Part shown: piece by piece, positions 37,630 to 48,574 of the stretch
Layout: every line of letters begins with the position of its first letter
Position numbering within the stretch: the first letter of the stretch is position 1
From: Lentisphaeria bacterium
GTDB taxonomy: Bacteria; Verrucomicrobiota; Lentisphaeria; JABSQK01; JAWLHB01
Length of the DNA: 64,000 nt
Direction: 5' to 3'
NCBI GenBank assembly: GCA_041690595.1
Contig: JAWLHB010000032.1
Coordinates: 1-64,000 of the forward strand
The notes under the pieces: model-generated
Told to the model about the DNA's origin: nothing
Seen by the model: only the letters and a program-made list of their open reading frames with translations
Database searches by the model: none
Made by a program: the position numbers and the translations under genes

Positions 37630-39774
37630 TCAGTCCTTCTGGACACGCTTGATGAAAGCATCGATGTCGAAATCGTCATCCGGACTTTCCAGCAGGTCAT
37701 CCAGATCGAGTGGTGGCTCATCTTCTCCATCGTCGAAGGGATCGACGTTTCTGGAGAGGTCGAGAATCCGAGTGATCTCGTCGGGTGTATCGTCGCTCTG
37801 CTCGAGAATGGGGAGAGTGGGTTCCGGCTTCCGGGAGGGAGGTTGATGAGGCGGTTCCGCAAGCTTCCGGGCGGGAGGTTGAGGGGCTGGTTCCTCAGGC
37901 TCCCGGGGGGCGAGCTGGATCTTCTCACGTGGCGCCTTGTTGCCCCGCTCCCGCACCTCGGGTGTCCCGGTCGCGGTCGGCGGCTTCTGCCGCGTCTCAT
38001 GCTGTGGCTCCGCGGCATCCGGGGGAGGATTGGAAGCATAAGCAATGGAATCGATCATGAGCATGAGCAGGTCGCGGACGTGAAGGCAGTTGTAAGGCTC
38101 GACCATGACGATGGGAATATCCGACGGCAGCTGGAGAGAGTGAGCCAGGTGATCGAGCGCGTCGGGGATCATGACGTCCGCGTTGCAGATCGGGCACTCA
38201 CCCTGATTGCCGGCCTCTTCCATATCCACCGCCAGGCGATAGCCGCAATTGTGGCAATCCAGCTTGAAAAGGGTCCGCCCTTCCCGGTCGGTGACCTTCG
38301 GGACGATGTTGTAGAAGACCGACTTGGCGCGCTGGCGGATCTGGCGGATCAGCCGCAGGTTCATCTGGTTCGCCTTGCGCGTTTGCTCAGTAGCGATCAT
38401 GAATACGGCGACGGAGTCTTCCAGGTATTCGTCGAGCGATTTCAGGAAGCGATTCTCCAGAACGGGGGGGAGGCGCTGGATGTCCAGGACGTTCTTGTCG
38501 CCGAAATCGAGGCGCATCTTCTCGGCGCCCGGCAGCATCTGATGGGTCGGTGGCGTCTTGTCTGTATGATGCTCATAGAGGGTTCTGACGGCATCCATGA
38601 ACATCTGTACATGGTCGGGGCGATCACCGGTGAGAATGAGCTTGGCGGCGGGCGAGATCCAGTTTGCCGGCTGAATGGGCAACTGCCGATTGCGCTCCTT
38701 GATCGGAAATTTGATGTCGGCCAGAATCTTCCGGATATTGAGCAGGCGCGGCTGATAGTAGAGGCGCTTGTAGTAGTCGAAGGTACTGGGGGTGTAATCG
38801 TGGAAGGGCGGATGCGTGACCTTCAGGTAATCCTCCTGAATCAACTCCCGGAGCCACAAGGTGGCTTGGCGCTCCCCGTAAGGCTGGTCGTTGAGCAGTT
38901 CATCGCTGGAATACCCATTCAACGCCTGCTCCCAGAGCATGCGCTGGTTCCGCGCCATGGTCTTGGGCAACTTCTTCTCTCCCTTGACGAACATGGCGTC
39001 GGAGGGGGGAAGGCTCTGTTTCGCTTCACGAAACTCATCCACGTCGACCACCGCATTCATGAGCACGCTGGTGAGCTGCTGCTCACCCTTGATCTCATGC
39101 TCCTGCAACTCGACTTCCTCGAAGGTCACCTGGCTCTTCTCCCAGCTCAAAGCTTCGGTCATGGCCTCAGGTCCTTCGCAGAGCGGCGCCGTGGCGTGGA
39201 CAAAACGGCCATCGCGAATGTGAATGACCGCGCTCCCATTCGGCCCCTTGACCGTAAGTTTTCCCGTCTTGACCTCGGCTTCCAGATACTGGAGAATACC
39301 CGGCAGTTCACCGGAAGCCACTTCCACCGAGAGACTGCTCTTGACCTGATTGCGTGACTTCAGACGTCGGGCCAGGAGACGATTGACACGGGCCAGGCAG
39401 ACCTCCGGAATAAAAGGCGCCTCCACAAAGTCGTCGGCGCCGGCCTGTAAGGCGGCGATGCAGACTTCACCCCGCTCGTTGTCTTCGCCGATCATCACGA
39501 TGGGGATGGTGGAGAAGGAGGAGTCGCCGCGAAAGTCCTGGATGAAGTTGAGGCCATGCCCATCTTCAAGTTCGAGATCGACAATCACCAGGTCGATCTG
39601 ATAGACCGTCATAAGCTGAAAGGCCCGCATGCGGTTGGTCCGGGAGTAAACCTCATACTCCTGCTGGACAAGCAGTTCGCGCAAGTGATACCGTTCTTCC
39701 GCATCCCTGGCGATGAAGAGAATGGTTGGTTTCAGGTCGCCATCTGGCTGACGGTCTCTAACCTGCTTGTCCAA
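37630..39774 (-). CDS. Multidomain protein: atypical receiver + DUF4388-like + degenerate GTPase-like domain with inserted C4 zinc ribbon + acidic tail
   Basis: DLVIVDLEL..G..IPIVMIG..AGADDFVEAPF; GELPGILQYL..KTGKLTV..IHIRDGRFVHA; CHNC..CPIC; TTG start after GGGAG (ORF to 39798). Confidence 0.7.
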   Translation of the reverse strand: MDKQVRDRQPDGDLKPTILFIARDAEERYHLRELLVQQEYEVYSRTNRMRAFQLMTVYQIDLVIVDLELEDGHGLNFIQDFRGDSSFSTIPIVMIGEDNERGEVCIAALQAGADDFVEAPFIPEVCLARVNRLLARRLKSRNQVKSSLSVEVASGELPGILQYLEAEVKTGKLTVKGPNGSAVIHIRDGRFVHATAPLCEGPEAMTEALSWEKSQVTFEEVELQEHEIKGEQQLTSVLMNAVVDVDEFREAKQSLPPSDAMFVKGEKKLPKTMARNQRMLWEQALNGYSSDELLNDQPYGERQATLWLRELIQEDYLKVTHPPFHDYTPSTFDYYKRLYYQPRLLNIRKILADIKFPIKERNRQLPIQPANWISPAAKLILTGDRPDHVQMFMDAVRTLYEHHTDKTPPTHQMLPGAEKMRLDFGDKNVLDIQRLPPVLENRFLKSLDEYLEDSVAVFMIATEQTRKANQMNLRLIRQIRQRAKSVFYNIVPKVTDREGRTLFKLDCHNCGYRLAVDMEEAGNQGECPICNADVMIPDALDHLAHSLQLPSDIPIVMVEPYNCLHVRDLLMLMIDSIAYASNPPPDAAEPQHETRQKPPTATGTPEVRERGNKAPREKIQLAPREPEEPAPQPPARKLAEPPHQPPSRKPEPTLPILEQSDDTPDEITRILDLSRNVDPFDDGEDEPPLDLDDLLESPDDDFDIDAFIKRVQKD

Positions 39775-40007
39775 CGTGATGCTCCCAGCTGCTGGCAAAT
39801 ACCGCGTCCGCCAATGGAGAACTCAACCCGAAGAGTCTGGGCAGGAGATGTGCGGTCGCGTGGTGATAGCTATACTATATGGACATGCAAGTGTAAAGCC
39901 AAACATCATGACAGGAAATGGTGGAGCTGGATCGAAGTGAAATCGCGTTGAACGATTGGCCAAACAGGTGATACCTCGTATCTTAGCCTTTAGGCAGGTA
40001 ATCTTCC

Positions 40008-40847
40008 ATGGAACGTGAGCGAATGGCGAATAAGAAGAAAAGCAAGAGTCGGGCAAGGGGTGGGCAGGGTCGCCTCCTGGCCCTGCGGCTGGGTGTCTGG
40101 TTCCTGCTTCTGGCACTGACGGGCGGGGTTATCTATGGCGCCCATGCCACCGTCGCCAATCTCTTTTACCGGAACAACCCGCGCACGACGTTGCGTCATA
40201 TCGAAGTGATTCTCAATAACGATCGCCTGGATCCAGACCAGATCCGACGCCGGCTCAATCTGCGTATCGGCAAGGACAACCTTCTGGACGTCGATCTGGC
40301 AGTGATGCGGAATCGCCTGCTGGAAGATCCGCTGATCGAGCAGACGGAGGTGCGGCGGCAGTTGCCGGGAACGCTGGTCATCCGGGTCTACCTGCGCGTA
40401 CCCGTAGCGCGGCTGGTCAATTCCCAGGGCTTCCTGGTCGACAAGCATGGCAACGTGCTGCCACCCCTGGTGCTGGACGGCGCCGAACGCCTGCCCACGA
40501 TCGTGGGTGTGCGGGCACTGACCGAGTACCGGCCAGGCGACAAGGTCAGCGATGACTTCATGGTGAAGGCCGCACTGGAGTTTCTCCGCATCCGGGCGAC
40601 GCATCCGCGGGGTAACTGGCTGGACGTGGAAAGCATCCAACTCAACTCCTGGCACAAGACTCTGGCCATCTACCTCCGCGCCAATCCGGCCCAACGGATA
40701 CTGTCGGGAGCGAAGATCACCCTGGCGACAGAGGATATCCAGGGATCCGTCGAACGCGCCCTGGCCGTGATCGAGCATCGCTCGGCCGCCGGTCAGGCAA
40801 CGCAGGAGATCGAGTCCCTATCCGAAAAGGTGCCGGTACGTCCATGA
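40008..40847 (+). CDS. FtsQ/DivIB-type POTRA-domain protein
   Basis: Basic N-terminus, single TM, NLLDVDL..RNRLLEDPLIEQTEVRRQLPGTLVIRVYLRVPVA..LVDKHG.VL..LPTIVG. Confidence 0.75.
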   Translation: MERERMANKKKSKSRARGGQGRLLALRLGVWFLLLALTGGVIYGAHATVANLFYRNNPRTTLRHIEVILNNDRLDPDQIRRRLNLRIGKDNLLDVDLAVMRNRLLEDPLIEQTEVRRQLPGTLVIRVYLRVPVARLVNSQGFLVDKHGNVLPPLVLDGAERLPTIVGVRALTEYRPGDKVSDDFMVKAALEFLRIRATHPRGNWLDVESIQLNSWHKTLAIYLRANPAQRILSGAKITLATEDIQGSVERALAVIEHRSAAGQATQEIESLSEKVPVRP

Positions 40848-41836
40848 CCTCCGCCACCACCGAAGAGCGACTCCGCGTGCTCTGCATTCTGAACCGCAAA
40901 TCCCGCGATGGCAACGCGGACAAGCTCTGGCTGCAGATCTCCGAGTTGTTCGCCGCCGCGGGCATCGATGCGCAGGTGGTCGATATATCGCATGAGACTC
41001 TCGCGACGGATGTCGAGAACCAACTGCTGACGGGAGAGTATTCGGTGGTGGTCGGCATGGGCGGAGATGGGACGCATTTTGCCGTCTTCAATACATTGAA
41101 GGCCATCGAGCGCCGACTGCCGGGGCTGGCGATCCCCCCCTACATCCCCGTCCCCATGGGTACGGGTAACAATGTAGCCAAGTCTCTTGGATTGGGCCAC
41201 CTGCGGGGGAATCTGGAGCTGGTGCCGGAGCTGATACGTCACGGCCGGGATCACAAAATGGATCTGGGCCGCTTTCGGGACATCTATTTCGCGGATTCGG
41301 TAAGCATCGGCCTTGATGCCTACGTGGTGGCGCGACGGGATCGGCTCCGCGAGGCGCTGCCCCAGTGGTTGCGACCGTTCGTGCACGGATACCTCATCTT
41401 TGGAGCCGCCGGCGCGGCCGGCATGCTGCGCGCACCACGCCTGCAATGCGAGATCTCGGTGGATGGACGGCAGTGGTACTGCGGCCCGTACGGCAACATC
41501 ATCCTCAACAATACCAACATCTACGGCGGCATCTTCGACCCGTGTCCCGACTGCCGATATGACGACGGTATCCTGAACCTGATCATGGCGGCAAACCGTT
41601 TTTCGTATGCAACCGCCTGCGCCTTGTCGCTGCGATGCAATCCCAAATGGCTTCGCAACTGGAAAGGGAAGCGTCCGGGCGGGCTCCACTTCTGCTCGGT
41701 GCCGGTGCGCAACTGCCAGATCACCCTCGAGCCCCCTGCACCCGTGCAGGTGGATGGAGAAGTGATCGGAATACGGCAACAGGTCGAAGTGAGCGTCGAG
41801 CAGCAGGCGATCACGGTACGCTGCCTGGACGACTGA
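40844..41836 (+). CDS. Diacylglycerol/lipid kinase family protein (YegS/DgkB-like)
   Basis: ILN..S, GMGGDGT, PMGTGNNVAKSLG, MDLG, SIGLDA, DDGILN, QVDGE; ATGA overlap with the upstream gene. Confidence 0.85.
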   Translation: MTSATTEERLRVLCILNRKSRDGNADKLWLQISELFAAAGIDAQVVDISHETLATDVENQLLTGEYSVVVGMGGDGTHFAVFNTLKAIERRLPGLAIPPYIPVPMGTGNNVAKSLGLGHLRGNLELVPELIRHGRDHKMDLGRFRDIYFADSVSIGLDAYVVARRDRLREALPQWLRPFVHGYLIFGAAGAAGMLRAPRLQCEISVDGRQWYCGPYGNIILNNTNIYGGIFDPCPDCRYDDGILNLIMAANRFSYATACALSLRCNPKWLRNWKGKRPGGLHFCSVPVRNCQITLEPPAPVQVDGEVIGIRQQVEVSVEQQAITVRCLDD

Positions 41837-41839
41837 GCC

Positions 41840-42844
41840 TCAGAACTGGTGGAGGAAGCGGACGTTGTTCTCGTAGAGGAGACGTATGTCCTCGATCCGA
41901 TATCGGATCATGGCGATGCGCTCGATTCCCATGCCAAAGGCATAGCCGGTGTAGACTTCCGGATCGTAGCCGACATTGCGCAGCACGTGGGGGTCGACCA
42001 TGCCGGCGCCGGCAATCTCCAGCCAGCGTTCCTTGCCCCGAGCATCCTTACCGAAGGAGAGATCGAACTCGATACTCGGCTCCGTGAAGGGGAAGAAGTG
42101 GGGACGAATGCGCATGGAAACGTCCGGCCCGAAGATCTCGTGGGCAAAGCTGAGGAGGATGCCCTTGAGGTCAGCCATGGAGACATCCTTGTCCACATAG
42201 AGTCCTTCGATCTGGTGAAAATCCATGCTGTGGGTGGCATCCGGCGTGTCGCGACGGAAGCAGCGGCCGGGTGCGATGATACGCACGGGAGGCTGCTGCT
42301 GCTCCATGACACGAATCTGCACCGGCGATGTCTGCGTGCGCAGGAGCCGCCCATCAGGAAGATAAAAGGTATCCTGGATATCCCGAGAGGGATGATCGTT
42401 CGGCGTATTGAGCGCGTCGAAGTTGTGATACTCGTCTTCGATATCCGGCCCGTCAACCACAATGAAACCGAGCCTGCGGAAGCACTCCACACAGTCATCG
42501 ATCACCTGGGTGATCGGGTGCTTGTGACCGAGGCGGCGGCGGCGACCGGGGAGGGTCAGATCGATGATGGCGGCTTCGGCCCCCTCGGCGCGTTGCCGCA
42601 GATCGTCCAGCCGTGCTTCGAGTGCGCCGGTAATTTCGGCCTTGACCTCGTTGGCCAACTTGCCGATTCGGGGTCGTTCTTCGGCCGAAACGCCCCCCAT
42701 CTGCTTGAGGGCGGCGGTCAGAGAGCCTTTTCGTCCCAGCAGCCGTACGCGGAACTCTTCGAGAGCGCCGGCATCGTCCAATGCCTGCAACTCGGCTATG
42801 GCCTGCTGCTGGAGATCGTGAAGTTGTTGCTCGAGGTCGCTCAT
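41840..42844 (-). CDS. pheS: Phenylalanine--tRNA ligase alpha subunit
   Basis: NFDALN..HPSRD.QDTFY, LLRTQTSPVQIR, DATHS..FHQIEGL, FPFTEPS, AFGMGIERIAM. Confidence 0.97.
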   Translation of the reverse strand: MSDLEQQLHDLQQQAIAELQALDDAGALEEFRVRLLGRKGSLTAALKQMGGVSAEERPRIGKLANEVKAEITGALEARLDDLRQRAEGAEAAIIDLTLPGRRRRLGHKHPITQVIDDCVECFRRLGFIVVDGPDIEDEYHNFDALNTPNDHPSRDIQDTFYLPDGRLLRTQTSPVQIRVMEQQQPPVRIIAPGRCFRRDTPDATHSMDFHQIEGLYVDKDVSMADLKGILLSFAHEIFGPDVSMRIRPHFFPFTEPSIEFDLSFGKDARGKERWLEIAGAGMVDPHVLRNVGYDPEVYTGYAFGMGIERIAMIRYRIEDIRLLYENNVRFLHQF

Positions 42845-42942
42845 GTAAAAATCAGCCTTCTGAAAGGGCGGGTGACTGGTGAGCGGATAATGTAGTCGCG
42901 CCCCGTAAAGAGGCAAACGTCCGGGAGGAGATTCCTTACGGA

Positions 42943-44298
<1,356 letters not shown>

Positions 44299-44417
44299 GT
44301 CTAACCATACCTGCCTTGAGCCCGAAAGCAAATCCAGAAGAAACCCGATCCTGACGACTCTTTTACCAAGCTTGACGCCGCTTATCGTCATCGACCACGT
44401 GGTCGTCCGGTGACAAT

Positions 44418-44463
44418 CCCGGGGACAGGTACAAGCGCTCAGCCTGGGGACAGGTACTTCACT
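44418..44463. repeat. Dispersed GGGGACAGGTAC direct repeat (x2), same motif as the head of the pilin-array elements
   Basis: ggggacaggtac at 44421 and 44446, the second followed by ttcac as at 471-485 and 2311-2325. Confidence 0.75.
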
Positions 44464-44604
44464 GCCTGCGAGTAGGGGAAGAAGCGTCCGGTAGCTGGTG
44501 CCGCCTATGGCAGCGATGCCGTCAAGAAGAAACGCCCCGGAAGCGGCCGCCTGCCCGATTCCGGCTCTACGCCACTTTTGCCGAAACACCTTCGCCGCGC
44601 ATTA

Positions 44605-47085
44605 TCAGGGTGTGAGGGTGAAGGTGGTGGAGAGGTGGAGGTGGCGGGAGGATGAGCCGATGAAGATGGTGAAGGCGCCCGGTTCGGCAATCCATTGGCC
44701 GCGGGAGGGATCGTAGAACTTGAGGTCGCGGGGGGTCAGCTCGATGGTGACGGTGGCGCGCTCACCGGGCTGAAGCTTCACCTTGGCAAAGCCTTTGAGT
44801 TCCTTTTCGGGCCGGAGTACGGACGCGGTGTCGTCGCGGAGATAAAGCTGGGCGATTTCGGCGCCTTCGCGCTTTCCTGTATTGATGACGTCGAACGAGG
44901 CGGAGATGGAGTCATTGGGTCCGATGCGTTGGACGGAGAGGCGCAGCTTCTCATAGGCGAAGGTGGTATAGCTGAGACCAAAGCCGAAGGGGTAGCGAGG
45001 TTCGATAGCGTGACGGTCGACGTGGCGATAGCCGCCGAAGATGCCGTCGCCCATCTGGACGCGCTTGTCACCATCGGCATCGTGGTACCAGTCGTACGAG
45101 GAGCGCTGCTGGAGGTTGTGCTCGAAGGTGATCGGCAGCTTGCCGCTGGGGTTGATCTTGCCAAAGAGGATCTCGGCAATGGCCTGTCCGCCTTCCTGCC
45201 CCGGATACCAGACGTGCAGGAGAGCGGCAAGGTGGTCGTGCCAGGCGGTCATGTCGACATTGCCGCCGGCATGCAGAGCCAGGGTGGTATGCGCGTTGGC
45301 GCCGGTGATGGCACGCACGAGTGATTCCTGCCCCTCCGGGAGCATGAAGTCGCGGTCGAACCCTTCGCTTTCGGTCTCGCGGGTGAAGCCGGTGCAGAGG
45401 ATGACGGCGTCAGCGGAAGCGGCCAGTTCGATGGCGGCCTGGAATTCCGCCTCGACGGCGGAGGCCGGCTCGTACCCAAGGCGCACGGAGTTCCATTGGC
45501 GCAGCGCGCGATAGATGAGCATGACGGGATAGGTCTGGCCTTCGATCAGGTCGCAGCGACCAACCTTGATGAGGCCGCTGGTAGCATGGGCGCTGTCGAC
45601 GACGATAGTGGGACCGACGAGAAGCTGGTATTGCGAGGCTTCATGGACGCCGACATAGAAGAGATACTCGCCGGTCTCGGTGGCGGTCATCTCACCGCGC
45701 CAGCAGACACGAAAGTCGTCGGCAGGGAAGTCCTCCATGGGTGGCAGCCCTTGCCAATCGAAATCCACATGGTCGTCGACTCGCACGAGGTCGGGCTGAC
45801 CGGTGGCATCCCGGCCCTTGAACCATTCGCCGAGCAAGCCAGGGCTGCCGTCGGGGGTACGGAAAAGTGAGTCCTTGATGCGATCCTCGTGCCGCCATGG
45901 GTTGACGCCGACGGCGTGGGATATCTCCATGTCTTTGGGAGCGAGTTGGCGGATGGCGTCGAGGATCGAAACCAGATGATTGGGAGGGGTGTAGGCGCTG
46001 CCGCCGCCGCAGATAACGGGCCTGGATGCGTGTGCGCCGATGACCGCCAGCTTCCTGACGCGACGCGGATCGAGGGGGAGTTCGTGCTGCTGGTTGCGCA
46101 GGAGAACGCAACCGTCGCGGGCAACGTCGAGGGCGGTGGCCCAGCTCTGGGGATCTTCCTGGGGGATGCTTTCGTCCTTCTGGGGATGGTCGAGCCAGCC
46201 GAAGGCGACCATCAGGCGAAGGAGCCGGTGGATCTTGTCATCGATGACGGCTTCGGTGACGAGGCCATTGTCGATGGAGGGAAGGAGCTTCTCGATGGTC
46301 AGAAATCTGGCGTTGGGCATCTCGAGATCGAGACCGTGATTTGCCGCCTGGACGGCGCTGTAGGTAGAGACCCAGTCGGACATGACCAGCCCGTCGAAGC
46401 CCCATTCATCCTTGAGGACGGTATTGATGAGATACTGGTGTTCGGAGGCATGTTCGCCATTGATGAGGTTGTAGGCGGTCATCAGGCAGCCGGTGCCGGC
46501 AGACTTGACGGCAGCTTCGAAGGCGGGAAGGTAGATCTCGCGCAGGGTACGCTCATCGACATCGGTGCTGATGCCGTGCCGGTCGTATTCCTGATAGTTG
46601 CAGGCAAAATGTTTGACGGTGGTGGCCACCCCCTGATCCTGACAACCGCGAATGTAGCCGGTGACCATCCAGGCGGCGAGGAAGGGATCTTCACCCAGAT
46701 ACTCGAAGTTGCGGCCGCAGAGGGGCGAGCGATAGATGTTGACGCCCGGCGCAAGGAGAATGTGGATGCCGCGGGCACGAGCATCGCGGCCGATGGAGGC
46801 TCCCATACGATAGCCAAGTTCGTGATCCCACGTGGCAGCCAGGGCGACTGTCGCCGGATAGGCCGTGGAGGATGCGCACCACCAGTGTACGCCAACTGGA
46901 CCATCCGCCATGCGCAGGGGCGGCACCCCCTTATCGGGAAGGCCGATGGTATTGCCATCCGGATTCATGATGATGCCACCGAGCAGCGAGATCTTCTCTT
47001 CGAGGGTGAGGCGCGTGAGAATCGAGGTGATTCGTGCCTCGGTCTGCTCGCAGGGAGCCGTGAAGTGGGCGTACTGACTGTGCAT
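44605..47085 (-). CDS. Beta-glucosidase, GH3, with PA14 insert and Fn3-like domain
   Basis: MADGPVG, APGVNIYRSPLCGRNFEYLGEDP, KHF, VMSDW, ESEGFDR, WYPGQEGG, PFGFGLSYT, ELKGFAK. Confidence 0.92.
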   Translation of the reverse strand: MHSQYAHFTAPCEQTEARITSILTRLTLEEKISLLGGIIMNPDGNTIGLPDKGVPPLRMADGPVGVHWWCASSTAYPATVALAATWDHELGYRMGASIGRDARARGIHILLAPGVNIYRSPLCGRNFEYLGEDPFLAAWMVTGYIRGCQDQGVATTVKHFACNYQEYDRHGISTDVDERTLREIYLPAFEAAVKSAGTGCLMTAYNLINGEHASEHQYLINTVLKDEWGFDGLVMSDWVSTYSAVQAANHGLDLEMPNARFLTIEKLLPSIDNGLVTEAVIDDKIHRLLRLMVAFGWLDHPQKDESIPQEDPQSWATALDVARDGCVLLRNQQHELPLDPRRVRKLAVIGAHASRPVICGGGSAYTPPNHLVSILDAIRQLAPKDMEISHAVGVNPWRHEDRIKDSLFRTPDGSPGLLGEWFKGRDATGQPDLVRVDDHVDFDWQGLPPMEDFPADDFRVCWRGEMTATETGEYLFYVGVHEASQYQLLVGPTIVVDSAHATSGLIKVGRCDLIEGQTYPVMLIYRALRQWNSVRLGYEPASAVEAEFQAAIELAASADAVILCTGFTRETESEGFDRDFMLPEGQESLVRAITGANAHTTLALHAGGNVDMTAWHDHLAALLHVWYPGQEGGQAIAEILFGKINPSGKLPITFEHNLQQRSSYDWYHDADGDKRVQMGDGIFGGYRHVDRHAIEPRYPFGFGLSYTTFAYEKLRLSVQRIGPNDSISASFDVINTGKREGAEIAQLYLRDDTASVLRPEKELKGFAKVKLQPGERATVTIELTPRDLKFYDPSRGQWIAEPGAFTIFIGSSSRHLHLSTTFTLTP

Positions 47086-47194
47086 GCGGTGGACCTCCGG
47101 TTGGTATTGCCGTATTGCGTAGCATAGTACCCGCTGGCAAACATCGCAACATCGACACGACACACGGACCCTTTTTGTGCGGAGCAAAGCAATC

Positions 47195-48427
47195 ATGGCC
47201 AACCAGTCGTCCAGCAGCTTGAGTGAGCCGGTGCGGCAAACGCCGATAATCGCGGAGCGGGATGTCATTGTCTGCGGAGGAGGTCCGGCGGGCATCGCGG
47301 CGGCGGTGGCGGCGGCACGGGCGGGGGCCAGGGTGCAGTTGATCGAGGTGCACGGTTGCCTCGGGGGTGTCTGGACAGCCGGCATGCTTTCCCACATCAT
47401 CGATTACACGAACAAGGCCGGGATCATGGCGGAGATCATGGAGCGGCTGGAAGCGCACGGCTGTAAAGGTCCCGATTACGATGTCGAGGTCATGAAGCTG
47501 GTCCTGGACCAGCTCTGCGCGGAAGCCGGGGTGCGGGTGCGCTTGCACACCCGCGTGGTCGCGGCCTTCCGAGCCGTCCCGGGGCGCCTGACCCATGCCA
47601 TCACGGAATCGAAGAGCGGGCGTGAGGGCTGGCAGGCAAAGATCTTTGTCGATGCAACCGGAGATGGCGATCTCGCGGCGCTGGCCGGCTGCGGCTTCGA
47701 CGTGGGTCACCCGGAGACGGGGGATGTACAGCCCATGAGCCTGATGGCAATGATCGGAGGCGTACGCATGGAGGATATCGGCCGCTTTGTCTGCTCTCTG
47801 GAGCACCGGCCCGGCAAGCCGAAGGAACAGCTGCTGGCGGAAATGCGACGCGCGGGCTGCGATCCATCCTATGGGCAGCCGACGCTCTTCCGGATCCGCG
47901 ACGATCTCTTTGCCATGATGGCCAACCACGAATACGGCGTTTCGGCCTTCGACGCGCAAGCGATCAGCGACGCGACGGTTCGAGCACGTGCCGAGGTGCA
48001 CACGCTGGTGGACGGTCTGCGCCGGCTAGGTGGAATCTGGGGCGGCATCCACATGGTGGCGACGGGAAGTCAGATCGGGGTGCGGGAGGGGCGGCGAATT
48101 CATGGCGCCTATACGCTTTCAGCCGAGGACCTGCGGGAGGGCGCCCGCTTCGACGACGCAGTCTGCCGCGCCACCTTCTGCGTGGATATTCACAGCACCC
48201 GCGCCGACGCGGGCAAGGGATACGACTCCGCAGGGATACATGCGCAGCCCTACGACATCCCGCTGCGCGCGCTGATAGCACGAGACGTGGAGGGCCTGTT
48301 GCTGGCGGGGCGCTGCATCAGTGGAGACTTTTTTGCTCACGCAAGCTACCGGGTCACGGGCAATGCCGTGGCGATGGGCGAGGCGGCCGGCAAGGAGGGA
48401 GCGAGGCGGGCGCTCGCGAAACATTGA
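47195..48427 (+). CDS. FAD-dependent oxidoreductase (HI0933/FAD_oxidored-like)
   Basis: DVIVCGGGPAGIAAA, FVDATGDGD, GVREGRRI.G, YDIPLRAL, AGRCISG, MGEAAG. Confidence 0.85.
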   Translation: MANQSSSSLSEPVRQTPIIAERDVIVCGGGPAGIAAAVAAARAGARVQLIEVHGCLGGVWTAGMLSHIIDYTNKAGIMAEIMERLEAHGCKGPDYDVEVMKLVLDQLCAEAGVRVRLHTRVVAAFRAVPGRLTHAITESKSGREGWQAKIFVDATGDGDLAALAGCGFDVGHPETGDVQPMSLMAMIGGVRMEDIGRFVCSLEHRPGKPKEQLLAEMRRAGCDPSYGQPTLFRIRDDLFAMMANHEYGVSAFDAQAISDATVRARAEVHTLVDGLRRLGGIWGGIHMVATGSQIGVREGRRIHGAYTLSAEDLREGARFDDAVCRATFCVDIHSTRADAGKGYDSAGIHAQPYDIPLRALIARDVEGLLLAGRCISGDFFAHASYRVTGNAVAMGEAAGKEGARRALAKH

Positions 48428-48574
48428 CAGGCGACGCCGTTCCGGGGTAGCTTATGAGACGTGGTATCGGATGGATGACGCGAGCATCAGGCTCCGCGCC
48501 GACCGACCGGGGAGCCGCCGCGTAGTATCGACGCCAATGACTGCAAATGTCAGAACTTAGAAGAACTCCCTGTC

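Noticed and set aside
44299..44589. Long N-terminal extensions given by the ORF track (helicase, GH3, Mut7-C, tsf, secY, GT4, tamB)
   Set aside because: The extensions lack family similarity, cross intergenic repeats or neighbouring genes, and better downstream starts exist.
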